DNA of 64,000 bases from Epiperipatus broadwayi (Eukaryota; Animalia; Onychophora), in contig JAQFVV010000006.1 in assembly GCA_028023455.1 (NCBI GenBank), positions 5,890,001 to 5,954,000 on the forward strand, given 5' to 3'. Below, one piece after another: positions 38,261-51,149 of this stretch; position 1 is the stretch's first letter, and every line of letters starts with the position of its first letter. A program made the position numbers and the translations under genes. The notes under the pieces were generated by a model, which was not told the origin of the DNA, did not search any database, and worked only from the letters and a program-made list of their open reading frames with translations.

Positions 38261-39699
38261 ACTCATAATTCAATTAAATACTATTTTGGCTATTTCTCAT
38301 ATAAAAACTTGACCATCCCATTTTTAAAATGTAGTTTTAAAAAATAAAATAAAAAGATGATCTATATTTTTTTAAAAAAAGAATAAAGTTTTTATTGAAA
38401 AGCAGGTGGGGTGAAAATCTAAAATATAATGTATAAAAATAAGTGAATATGAAAAAAATCAGAATCAAAATTAGTGTAAGCAAAAAACTTTTGAAAATGT
38501 AATACAATTGAATTAATTAAAAATCTATTTAAACTATCTATTCAGTAAATGTGAAGAGAGCAAATGTAAAAATCAATTAGATAAAACAAAATGTAAAACT
38601 TAATTTAAAAAAAAACATATTCAAGTTGCGATTAAAATTAAAAATAGTAATAAGAAATTAAAACAATGGGAGAGTTAAGATATAAAAAAACAGCTTCTAT
38701 TGTTCGCCAGTTCCAGCCTTCATTTTGTGATTGAACTAATCTGGTCTTCATCTGTAAGTCAGTTCAGATTATTATTATTCAGACAGAAAGCACAATGCAG
38801 ACTTAAGAGTTTTTTCATTGAGAATCTAAACAACCAAAGATCCAAATATTCAGAAACTGTAAAAGTAGTCATAATCCAATCAATTACTGCTATAGTCAAC
38901 ATCAATGCAAAAAGCACAAAATTAGCAACATGTGTTGCTAGACAGTCATAGGATGTTCAACTGGGATTCACACCCCAAAGTCTTTCAAAATCAACATTCT
39001 TACCTGAACCCTCATTAGAAACTGATGCCAAAATGTTAAATAGATGCTGCCACTACCCCCCATTGTCAATTTGCAGAATGGAAGACAAGCCCTGGAACCA
39101 TTGATGGAGACCAAAAAACCAAACAGTTGGAAACTGGCAATCATGAAAACCTAGGTAAAAATATTTTGGTACTTTCCTATAGACCCTTTATATTTATTTT
39201 GAATGAACTTTAATTACGGAAGGACTATTACAAAATTTAGCCTGAAACTAATAATTTATATTTCTTTATGTAAAATATTATATTGTTATATTATGTTAGA
39301 TATGTGTGTGCTTAAATAAGTATTAATATTTGCTTCAATATTATTTTGTCTATTCTCTCTCTCTCTCTCTTGTTACTGTGTCATCATTTATTTAAAGAGA
39401 TAAATGGTATATGTGTTAAGTAAATGTAGCTGGACCATAGTTAAGAGTATCAGCTAGCTTGAGATATTTCAAGTGCTGTATTGTGTGCCTGTCATCTGAA
39501 ACATGCCAACTATATAATATATGGTTGTCTGGCATCTGAGTTTGATCATCAAAACAAATAAAATGCTTTGGATGGCAAGGGTTTGATTCCAGCAGTCGAG
39601 GTGGGCCACAGTCAGGAAATATAGTCATGTTATGCTTTATATAGCTTGATCTGAATGTGGGTATCATTGATGGTTATGCTATCAATGGTATTTTCTGCT

Positions 39700-40060
39700 C
39701 TGCATTGCAGCAGTCACAAAGTAGCCAAAAGTTACTTACAACATTTTAAAACTTGCAATAAATGTGCAACTTTGAAGGACCCGGTTCAATGTATACCAAT
39801 ATGCTTTTACTTATGGGAGCACAATTGCATGGATTTAATTCACTAAAATTCACAAATTGACATTATCCACAGAGTGCCTTGAACAAAACTGTAGAGGTAC
39901 AACAATGCCACTGCACATTTGTCAAAAGGATTGGCAGATAACATTTCACTGAAAACTCTGCAAACATTTGATATTTTTCATGAAGATATAATCTCCCCCA
40001 TTCCATTGCTCTTCATAGCTGATGACAATCACAATCTCTAATATCTTGCATTAAGTAAAG
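39700..40060 (+). mobile_element. Possible decayed RT core fragment
   Basis: ctcttcatagctgatgac reads LFIADD, resembling the LLFADD catalytic motif; little other support. Confidence 0.3.
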
Positions 40061-40077
40061 TAATTGATTCTATCACT

Positions 40078-40297
40078 AAACATCACATGATCACAATTTC
40101 TTATGCTTGCACATAGGTGCATTGCTCTCAGATCCAAGGCTCCTCACTGATGAAGGCCACAAGCCAGAAACTAGTCTGGGGATATTGGATGAGTAGGTAC
40201 TAGATGGGAATTTTATGCACAAGCCTTTTGGCATCCATTGATTACCCTGGCTGGCAATGAGTGGCACTACTGTATGGAGAGTTTTGCCTGTTTTAAT
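40078..40297 (+). mobile_element. Family A HHR element: inverted tail plus forward body
   Basis: Inverted aaacatcacatgatcacaatttcttatgcttgcaca (40078-40113) is joined to a forward body ending gagagttttgcctgttttaa. Confidence 0.9.
40141..40182 (+). ncRNA. Minimal type I hammerhead ribozyme motif (family A), intact core
   Basis: TCCTCA / CTGATGA / A-GGC-cacaa-GCC-A / GAAA-C-ta-GTC / TGGGGA; predicted cut after C40176; palindromic ACTAGT stem III. Caveat: A.A apposition at the base of stem II. Confidence 0.65.
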
Positions 40298-41479
40298 TGA
40301 TTCTATATTATGCTTTTTTAAAGTAATCATGAATAACCAAAAGATACTAGATGATAATTTCAATGAAACCATTACTCCAATTTCTTGTTATTGTCCTTTA
40401 TCTGTGAGATGAAATGGATTACATATATTACAATAAATCAATCTGGAATATAGAATGAATTACTGCTCTTAATTCAGGTGACAAATGTAACTATATTAGT
40501 CATGTGATATTTTGAAACTTATGTAAAGACCTACAATAATCTGTCTTATATATGCACTTCTGCAGTGTAAAATTATACATATGTTTTGTTTCAGATATGC
40601 AACTGATAGTTTACTGCCACATATTATCATTATTCCATATTAATCTCTGTCTAATATGTTTTATATAAGATACTATTATTCTAAACTAATGTGTGTATTT
40701 TATATAAAAAGTCCACTACATTTCTCATAACCAACTGTATAAGCACTAATTTAATCAAAGACTAATTGTCGCAAAAAATTATGTCACTATCAGAATGCAA
40801 AGAAGTGAGAAAATAATGTCATACAGTAGTTGGTAAATCCATATATACTTTCTATCATTTACCTTCTATTTATCCCCATGAATTATCAAATCCTTTTTTT
40901 GCATGATTTTTACATCTAAAAGCATTCTACTATAAGAGAAAAAACTTTTTTCTTTGTATGTTCCTCTATTCAAAGTCAGGCTGGATAAACTATGCATGAT
41001 CAAGCCATATCATTTGATTATCATCTATAATTATATGCCACTTTTTAAAAATAATTTATTGTAGCATCTCAGTGCAAAGTCTATATTATGAAGATGGAAT
41101 CATGTGGTTTAAAATAATGATGAGAATAGAAGACTCAAGGTTTACCCCTGAGATCAAACCCCAGCTCTGAAAAATATGAGAAAAAAATCCAATTTAGTTC
41201 CAATAAATTTAACAGTTTAGATCTTCATGTACCTTTGGTGTTTAAAGATCACATATTTTTCTAAGCAATTGTCATATGATTATTATTATGCCTCATTGTG
41301 ACATAGAAAAGCTTTGTAGTGGTGCAGTGACATCCAAGTGCTTTCCCCATGCATATCCATGAAACAATTTTTTGTTTGGATTTTTGTTGCTCTCAAATTC
41401 ACTCATGTGAAAACTTAGTTGCTCTTTTGATCAATAGATGGAACCTCTTGTATTACAATCCATGTAAAGTGGCTAACAG

Positions 41480-41552
41480 ATTTCTCTGGGTATAATTGCT
41501 GAGAGATTTCTGACTTTGTTTAAGGAGAAGCCACAGTACATCACATCACATG
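41480..41552 (+). mobile_element. 3' stub of the CCHC-LINE family
   Basis: ctctgggtataattgctgagagatttctgactttg..gagaagccacagtacatcacatcacat. Confidence 0.7.
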
Positions 41553-42639
41553 TTGTAAGAAGATAGGAATTTCAGTGAAAAGTTTTACATATAAGAGACT
41601 ACTAAATGTGTTCTTTTATTTAATACTATAATGTAGTAATAATAGTGTTATATTTTAAATTTAAACTGTTTTTTATATGTAATTTGGTATAAATATATAT
41701 GCAATTATAACATTATTTTTATTCAACTATTTGTTTTTTTAATGATAAAAATGTAATGTGTGATTAAGCAAAAGCAGCACTCTACTCTAGTGCCACCTAT
41801 AATAAGGTTGAGCAAGGATTTTTTTCATAAATAATTAAGTTATTGTTGTAGTAATCTTTATTATTTTTTTCATTATCTCTAAGATTTTAAAAAGTTTATT
41901 ATTTTTAAAAATATTTTCTCGTATTTCTAAATGTATATAAATAAATTAATATAATATTTTTATTTATCTACAAACATTCATAATAAGATTAGTTCAATGA
42001 AGTTACATGCATTGGGAAATACGTCACTATTTTTAAATACAAAATAACAGTGCACATTGGGAGGATTAAATTATAAAAATGATAAAAAATGTGGAATGTA
42101 AATATATAAACTGATATACTAAAAAGAGCTTCCTTTTTATATAAATGAAAAAATATTGTGTTGAAAGAAATAGGCGATGAATGAAAACAAAATATAAAAT
42201 CATAAAAAAAAACGTTCAGAATATATGTTATATAGTTTAAATAATTTAAAAATAAATGTACTCTAGTTTTCTCTGTGTAGAAACTCTTAAATTTCAGCAG
42301 TAAATCCCTTCCTTTTACTTAAATACCTCCTATGATTGAAAAACTTATGATCCTTAACCTCAGTCAGGAACTCTGTTACTTGTCAAAAAGAAAGGAGAAA
42401 ATATTTCCTCAACTGATATACTGCCCAAGTTGATCAACTCTAATCCTATAGAACAATCTTCTTATCCTAGATTAAGTAGATAATCTCTGACAAGTGAAAG
42501 AAAGCACTCTTTATTCTACAATCCCCCTCCCCCTTTTTTTTCTTTTACAAAATAAGAAAATAACCGTCTACATATATGAGTTTTTCTTTTGCATATACAA
42601 ATGATACAAGTCTTTAAAAAAATGTTAAAAGATTATATA

Positions 42640-43900
42640 TGTTGGTCTTAGATACTCTATTCTTTTGATATAGTAACAAATTGAACTTAAATGACAAGGC
42701 ACTTATTCTTATGAGCCTATTATTAATTACTAATATAGAGATTTAAAAACAATAAGTTCTATTACTGATATGAAGATTTCAAATTGATTGGCGGATTAAA
42801 ACTGCAAAGGAGATATAGACATTAGCTGATAATAGTTATTTAAATTTTTTCTTGAGGCTTTTAAAAGAAACATACCTGAGTTAAAAATATCTTAACCCTA
42901 TTAAATCCATTGATGGAACTCTCTTATACGAAGACAATATTTTGAATGCAGGGAAAGACTATTTTTATAAATCTTTGAAAAATTGAGATGGTGACTTTTA
43001 ATGATATATCTATTTCACCCATTTCTTTAAATTTGGGCAATGATATCCACCTTAATATGGTTAAAATAGATTCTTGCAATCTAAAATATGGAAAGTCCCA
43101 ATGAGATATCCATAGTTTTTAAGTTATAAATTTGAGATGAGACTTTAAATGATTATCTTCATTTCACCTCTTCATTTCAATTTGGGTAATGATATCCATA
43201 CTGGTGAAATTCAAACAGCTTGTTATAATCTAAAAATAGAAGATCTTCAAATTCTAATGAGATATCCATAGATATTTTAAAATAAGTTCTGTTTTTGAGC
43301 TGATGACTTCTTTTCTCCACTTCACCCTTTCATTTCAATTTTGGTCACATGATATCCAGCTTGATGAAATTAAGACAGATCTTTAAAAATGGAAAATCTG
43401 CAAATCCCAATGAGATATTCATAGTACTTTAACATAAGTTGTTGATATGTTTTAAGATGACTTTAAATGATTTTCTTCACTTCACTCCTTCATTTCAATT
43501 TGGGACACGATATCCAGCCTGATGAAATTAAAACATTTCTTTGTAATCTAAAAATGGAAAATCTGCAAATCCTAATGAAATATCCATGGAAGCTTTAAAC
43601 AAGTTGTTTCGAGATGTTGACTTTAAATTAATATCTCCACTCCATTCTTTCATTTAAATTTGGATAATAATATCCAGTCTGGTGAAATTAAATCAACTCT
43701 TTGCATTTTAAAAATAAAAAGATTGCAAATCATAATGAAATATCCAGAGAAGTTTTAAAATACGTTGGTCATATGATATCTTCAAAAATAATAGAATTAT
43801 TTTGGAACATTGTATGGATTCTTGAAGTAACATTACTTGATCTTAATGATGCTTTTAATATTCCAATTTATAAAAGTAAAAATGGTGGACAAAGCTAGAT
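42640..43900 (+). mobile_element. LINE ORF2 remnant (linker plus RT start) with five internal repeats of about 159 bp
   Basis: ORF 43701-43898 KNKKIANHNEISREVLKYVGHMISSKIIELFWNIVW...DAFNIPIYK matches the canonical pre-RT/RT1 block; that block is repeated at 43042, 43191, 43351, 43509 and 43669. Confidence 0.75.
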
Positions 43901-44190
43901 TTTATGAAAGATACTATACAATACAATATATAATTCTAAGGATTTTTACAGTTTCTCAAATATGTAACATTGACAACATAAACCTATTCACAGAATAATA
44001 AGTCCAAAATTGTTATATCTTCTCCTTTACTTTTTTTGCATTTCTCTTCATATATTCATATATATTAAAATGTTAAATGTTGTAGCTCTGATGAAGACTA
44101 CAGGACAGTTGAAACTGTAAGGAAACTAAAGGAAGTATATATATAATATTGCATTAAAGAGTATATGAGATAATAATAACATTTTAATCC

Positions 44191-45064
44191 AAAAATCACA
44201 TGATCACCATTTCTTATACTTGCTCATAACTGCTATTAAAACAGACAAAACTCTCCATATAGTAGTGCCACGCAATACAAGCCAGAGTAATCAGTGGAAG
44301 CCAGAAGCATTGTGCATAAAATCCCTATCTAGTGCCTACTCATCCAATATCCCCAGACCTGTTTCTAGCTTGTGGCTTTTGTCTGTGATGAGCCTTGGAT
44401 CTGAGAGCACTGCACCTAGATCTTAGGATCTAATGCAACCCTCCAGCAGCCACCTTTTATTTCTACTTAACTATGAATCTAAAATTGAAAACACAATATT
44501 TTTAATTGAAGCTCATTAGCTTATATAGTCATATAGGTCTGAACTCAGTTCAGAACCCATACCTTATGGTGCCTATGGTTCTTTAATAACCACAGTATGG
44601 AGAGTTTTGCCTGTTTTAATAACAGTTATGAGAAAGCGTATGAAATGGTGATCACGTGATATTTGGTGGTTTAACACCAATCCTGCCTAATAGGATAGTG
44701 GTGGCTATGGTTATTAAAGAACCAAAGACACCAAAATGTATGGGTACTGAACGGAGTTCAGACCTATATGACTATATAAGCTAATAATCTTGGATTGAAA
44801 ACACCAATTAATTTTAGACTCATAGTTTTGTAGTTATGTGGAGATAAAAGGTGGCTGCTGGAGATTTGCATTAGATCCTAAGGTCTAGGTTCATTGCTCT
44901 CGATTCAAAGCTTCTCACTGACAAAAGCCACATGCTAGAAACTAGTCTGGGGATATTGGATGAATAGGTACTAGATATGGATTTTATGCATAAACCTTCT
45001 GGCATCCTTTAATTACTCTGGCTTGCACTAAGTGGCACTACTGTATGGAGAGTTTTGCCTGTTT
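44191..45064. mobile_element. Family A: 400-bp inverted arm plus 1.05 forward monomers (period 448 bp)
   Basis: Reverse arm 44191-44590 and forward 44592-45064, with direct repeats gtatggagagttttgcctgttt near 44593 and 45041; both HHR cores are decayed. Confidence 0.9.
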
Positions 45065-45162
45065 CAAATAATAAAAATCATAGATAATATTAATATTATA
45101 TGGATTTGGCAGTGCAATAAGGAAGTAAAGTCACCATTAATATATAGAGGATAAGTAGTCAA

Positions 45163-45255
45163 GCGTTGTTAGCCGAAGGGTTGTCGCAGCAGCCTTGCAA
45201 GCAAGTAGTTGGTTGCAGACGGTTGTGGGTTCGCATCCCGGCCGATGCTATAACA
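45163..45255 (+). mobile_element. tRNA-Gly-derived SINE
   Basis: gcgttg..cagccttgcaagc..gtgggttcgcatcccggccgatgctataaca; same family as 56860. Confidence 0.75.
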
Positions 45256-46059
45256 TATAGAAATATATATATAGAGAGAGAGGATAAATAATGAGTCTTA
45301 CTATTAACAATCTTTAAATATTAGATGAAATATTAGTTTAGTAAATGTAATAATAATCATAACCTTATTTGGCCTATATATAAATTAAAACAATAGACAA
45401 ATTTACCCTATAATTTCAAAACTAGTCAAAAATTAGGTTATATAACAATAGGGCTTAAGGAAAGAGTGGCACCATTCTCTCTTTCATTGCTTTTGACATG
45501 ACATAAGTCATTGGGAGGTTGTTAATTTCCATTTCAATTACAGATTTTAAAAAGGTGTATACATATTAATTATTATATACATATATTCAGACAACTAAGA
45601 TTCAATGTTGCAAATAGTCAAAAATGACACATTTTTCTACCTGAGATATATAAATTGTACTTGTGCAAATAATTTACCAATTCAAAATAGGCTATAATAA
45701 GATCAAGCCCAATTAATTAAATGGTGGTATATTTAAGAGTATAAGCTTTAAGCATAGATGAGCCACATATGCTTTTAAAATATTTAATAACAGGGTTGTG
45801 CCTGTCAATTCTATAGCACGTGTGTGTACGGTAGTTTCCTTCCATAATATTACATATATACAGGGTGTGTGTGTGTGTTTATAAAGAAAAAATATAAAAA
45901 TAATTTAAAAATTCTATATTAATGACAAATGATAATGAAAACTATAAGTAGAGAGATTTTGTTATAGGTGTGCAATAAAAATGTAATATAATAAATATAC
46001 AAAGAAATAAAGATGTAATTCAAGAAACAAAATCTAGACGTCACTATGTATACAAAATC

Positions 46060-47265
46060 AAAAGTAATGATGATAAATGTTGGGGAAAGAGAAGAGAAAG
46101 AATTTTTATTGGGGATATAAAATTAAATAAATTAAGAGGTATAACTATTTGGGAATTATAATCAGAAGAATTTCTTGGATGAGTGGGGGAAAAAAAAAGA
46201 TAAATGAAGCAAAGAAAAGGAAGGGACTAATAAAGAAATTAAACAGTGTTTTCATATAATAAATATGATATAGCAAGAATTATATGAAAGAGAGTGGCAT
46301 TAGGAATTTTAATTTATGGTAATGATGTGTTCATTAGTAAAGGGATGTTAGATTACTTAGAAAACGTACAAGGAGAAGTAGGAAGATATGCATTAGATGC
46401 AGAAATGTGGGTAGCAAAGAAGGTAATTCAGGAAGATGTGGGATGATCAAATTTTTATATGAGAGATGCAAAAAGCAAAGTAAAAGTATCCAGTAGATTA
46501 TAATATATAGACAGTAAGAAAATAGCCAAAATAGTATTTAATTGACTTATAAGTAATGGATAGGCAATATGATGGATGAGAAAGATAGTATGATATGCAG
46601 AAGTTTTGGATAAAGAATTTATGTCTGTATACTTGTACAAAAAATGGGATGATTGTGTTAGGATGATTGGTGAAGACTGGGATAGAAGAGTGGATGCATT
46701 AATAAAAATGGGGAGCTGGAGAGATGAACACAACACATATGGGGAGTAAAAAGTTTAAATATATATAGAAGTAAACATAATATTGAGTGTGAATTAATTT
46801 ACAATAATAACAAGTGGCTTATTGCTTAAGGTTCAAACAGGATCATTAGCAACAAGAAAATATATATGGAAGTCGGAAAATGTGGGTGATTTAGTCTGCA
46901 AGTTATGTAAGAAAAGCATGGAAAATATTAGGCATCTGCTAATTGAATAAATGATTACAAGCAGAAAAGGTACAAATAATGAAGCTATGGGAGAATAAAT
47001 ATAAACAAAGTGATTATACAGAAATAGAGTTCTTGGATTTTTATGCTGGTTCTGGGAAAAGATAAGGGGGATTTAGATATAAAGGCAATAGGGTGGACAA
47101 AGATGATGTTGAAATGGGATGAGTAGGATTGAGGAGAATATGGGAAAAACTTAGAGTGGGGAATAGAAAGGAAAGGTTGGGTGGCTAACAAGTTTCTTTG
47201 GTCATAGTGGCTGAGAAATCCCTGATTCTGATAAGGGAAAAGCCATAGTGCATTGACATTCACTA
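46060..47265 (+). mobile_element. Non-LTR retrotransposon, RT C-terminus to 3' UTR (CCHC-LINE family)
   Basis: YNYLGIII, ILIYGNDV, LENVQGEVGRYAL...IQEDVG, then LVCKLC..GMENIRHLLIE and the shared 3' UTR. The 5' boundary is uncertain. Confidence 0.75.
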
Positions 47266-47767
47266 TGAAGAGACTTTTGTGTATTAAATAATACAATATT
47301 TTGTTGTTATATTTCTTTTTCAGTGTTTTTTATTTATAAACCTAAATGTATTTTTAATAATATCAAAATCAAATATTATATTTTGTAAGATATATTTAAT
47401 TTAAATATTAGTAGGAAAAAATGGATTCAGTGCTCATAGGTATACACTAGTGCTTTCTTCATCTGTTTCTACTAGAATACTGGGCAGAATACATTATGAA
47501 AAGATCAAACTATTTCATATTTGCTTCTGTAAGGCTAAGATTGTTACAAAATAAGTTTCTGATATGAATAATTTCCTGAGTGATGAGTCTCTTGATAGGC
47601 TAGTCCATACATTTACTTAACTATAACCTGAGTTTGAATCAAGATCAAATAAATTCAGTTTTTTCCAAGAGGCTTCATTTTATTCTTCCAAGTAGCTGTC
47701 CATAACTAATTCACTTAACCATCCAATATTGGTCAATAAATGACTATCTAGCTATGCTTGTCTAAAA

Positions 47768-48190
47768 CAATTATGTTGTTCCTACTCCAGAGCCATCTAT
47801 CATAAGCTTGAGTAATCAATGTTCAATAGATGGTATTGTGTTGCAAAATTCCCAAACCAATAATGATTTCTAGATTTTATTTTGTCCATAAAATCTAGGA
47901 TCCAGATAAATTATTTTGCTCCTACTCTAGAGCCATCTATTGGGATCTTGAGTAATCAGTGATCATTAGATAGCATTGTGTGATAAAATTCTTAATCAAT
48001 AACAATTTTTAGATCTTTGTCTTTGTCCCTGAAATCTAAGATCTAAAGCAATTATGTTGCTCCTACCCTAGAGCCATCTATTGCAAGCTTGGGCAAACAA
48101 TCAATCATTTGATAGTATTGTGCTATAAAATTCCCAAACTAATAATGCTTACCAGATTTTTTCTTTGTCTATGAAAACCAGGGACCAAAC
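47768..48190 (-). mobile_element. Family F tandem trimer, period 140-141 bp
   Basis: cctactc.agagccatctat at 47781, 47921 and 48062. The minus strand shares GATCC..CTAGAAA..GGGAATTTT..CATTGATTACTC..GCTT..TAGATGGC order with family A. Confidence 0.8.
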
Positions 48191-48639
48191 CTGAAACTGG
48201 TGCATTCACACATCTAGCATTCATCATTTTATCTCTTCATCCTATTCAATTAATATCTTGGAAATTAAAAAAAAAAACATTTTAAACTCAAGCTCACATA
48301 CATTATTATATAGATTTGTCATCAGATTGAAGATGGGAATTTTATAGGACTATATTATCTGCTGTCCATTGATTACTCAAACTTACAATAGATGTTTCTA
48401 GTTTATGATGAAAGTAACTGCTCTTGGAAATATATGAAGGGTGATGTGCTGTGGTACTATTCTTGTTTAAATACAAAGATGAATACCACTACAATTCTCA
48501 TCACCTGGAAATTGGCAAGCACAGAGAGTACATCCTTCTTCTGTATTGTTTTCCTTGAGGAAATATTAGAGACTCTTTGTCCTGCATTGAGCTATTAAAT
48601 AGAGCATCAACATAATATATAATATAACCAGTTTGTTAT

Positions 48640-49115
48640 TTACACAGAGGCTAAACTCTCCATACAGTAGCGCCACTCATTGCAATCCAGATGGATTTAA
48701 GAAGGTTTTGCATAAAATCCCCATTTAGTGCCTACTCATTCAATATTCCCAGACAGGTTTCTAGCTTGTGGCTTTCATCAGTGAAGAGCCTTGGATCTGT
48801 GAGCACACACATCAAACTTTACCTTATTAGCTAACTATAAAGCTTTGAGTACAAAATGAGATCACAGTAATGTTTTTCATTCAAGCCCATTAGCTTTGAT
48901 AGTCATATAGATCTGAACTCACTGATCAAAATCACATGCTAGAAACCAGTCTGGGGATATTGGACAAGTAGGCACTGCATAGGAATTTTATGCACAAACC
49001 ACCTTGCATCCATTGATTACTCTGGCTTGCACTGAGTGATGCTGCTGTATGGAGAGTTTAGCCTTTGTGTAAACAGCTTGTGTAAGCATAAAGAATGGTG
49101 ATCATATAATGTTTA
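48640..49115. mobile_element. Family A with inverted arms
   Basis: Reverse arm 48640-48925 (HHR CTGATGA aagc cacaa gct a GAAAC ct GTC); forward arm 48930-49115 carries the terminal tail. Confidence 0.9.
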
Positions 49116-50093
49116 GCAGTTTATTATTTTTTAATCTTTTTAAGAATTCACCAAATACCTAATTTAATCTCTATATGTTCTCTATCCAAAATTCACTTCT
49201 GGTTGTTAGACAATAAAGTAAGGAATACAAGAGGTGGAAGACAATAGATCAATCATCATCATTATAAGAACTTTAAGAATCAAACTTTTGTACTCATATC
49301 TTTGGCACCATACACTTTAAATAATTACATTAATCATCAATATCAATGATTTATTAGTCAAGAAATTACCATATAATTTCTAGAATTGTTATAAACTTCA
49401 AACACTCTTTTTTATCTATACAATATTGTGTGTGGCATTATTAATCCACATTATCCCTATTTCTTCCTATGTGTATGATCTTTTTAGATATAGTTAAAAA
49501 TTTCATTATCCTGTGTAAGAGATCACCATGTGGTCCAAGTGAAGATTGACGGGTCATCTAGAAATGAATCTTAGGGAGGAGGTCATTTATCTTTTTCAGA
49601 TATCATCATTCATATATTTTAATTAATGTGTGGTGGAATGCAAATTTTAAGTACATGTAAAGATGCAGTTAGATTATGATACCATGTGATTAATTTTAAT
49701 TAAAAATACAGATAGATATATTAATCTGTAAATGGGTTTAAAGTCTGGGCGTTCAATGATATGATAATTTCTAGCCTAATAAATGATTAAAACTAATTAT
49801 TAATGTATTGTTCGAAAGTTGATTGTACCAAAGATGTGAATGAGGGAAGTTTGGCACATATAGTTCAAATTGAAGTAATTTGATGTAACCAATTCTGAAC
49901 AAATGATATTAGAAATTGTGATGTAGACTTATTGAAGAACGATGGTCAGCATGAAATGCAATTTGTAGTCAGTTATCTTTTTTAAATATCTTTATTTATA
50001 TATTTCAAGAATCTGTTGTGGAATGGAAGTTTTAACTGTATCAGGTACCATCTGAGAAAAGTTCAAAAATAACCTCACTTCAGTTAATTGGGT

Positions 50094-50176
50094 GAAACTG
50101 TTGACGTCAGCCTAATACCGAATGGAGACTGCGCAGAAACTGTTGACGTCAGCCCAATACCGAATGGAGACTGCGC
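50094..50176. repeat. 42-bp tandem duplication containing the palindrome TGACGTCA
   Basis: gaaactgttgacgtcagcc(t/c)aataccgaatggagactgcgc occurs twice with one mismatch. Confidence 0.9.
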
Positions 50177-51149
50177 CCATCCAGCACTTTCTTCTAAATC
50201 TTTTCTAGAAAACAAGTGCAGCAATCTCATAGCAAACCATTTGATTGTGCACTTATTAAATCAAACGAATAATTACAAGTTTATATATATACTTCATTAA
50301 CATGTAATTTTTACAAATTAAACTTATCTAACAAGCGTGTTAGGGCAGAATTGATATTATTTTGTCTTTTTTACAAAAACATTCAATGATTTATCTCATT
50401 GATTTAAGAAAGTGATATTTATTTAGAAATAAAATTTATTTATTGTTTAAAATAATAGCCACTATCTTATACTAGTTTCGATCATTTCTCTAGCTAAGGA
50501 TAGCCAATATCCATGTACTGATCAACGTTTAGATGGATCGCTAAGATATACTGAACACTTCTAAGTAAATCTTCGTAGAATTATTTCTTTGCAATATTTT
50601 GATTTATATCACAACCTTCGATCACTTTTTTATATTATTAGATGCATAATCGCTATAATATTTTAATAAATTTTATAAATGTGTTTAAATTTTTAATTAA
50701 AAAGTAAAGCACGTTTAATTTACAAAAGTGCGACGTTTGATTATTTTAACACTAATAATTTAAATATGCATACAAAGAACGTCGTCTTGACATGATTAAT
50801 ATCTGCTAGCCGAGTGATTTTCACTCTCCTCTTGCAAACCAGCTGTTGAGTCAACCCGAGTATTTAATTGCAAAGCCAACGTTTCTCCTCTGAATGATAA
50901 TGCTCCTGCCTTCGAGCCTCTGTTTTTATCAAGTTATTTTGTCATAATTTGAGTAGGGATAACACGTTCTACTCAGTAAGCAGATAGCACAGAAAAGGAA
51001 TTGTAATTTTAGCCAGATGAGAAAGTATAACTCAAAAATTATTTTTATATATATATAATGCATTTTAAACATGAAAAAACATACTAAAATGTATAAATGT
51101 GTTAAAGAGAGAATGTATAAATGTGTTAAAGAGAGAACTAGTAATGATG

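Noticed and set aside
43515-43535. CCTGATGAAA as a hammerhead core
   Set aside because: It is the P-D-E-I codons of the LINE ORF2 repeat; no stem II/GAAA/NUH arrangement follows.
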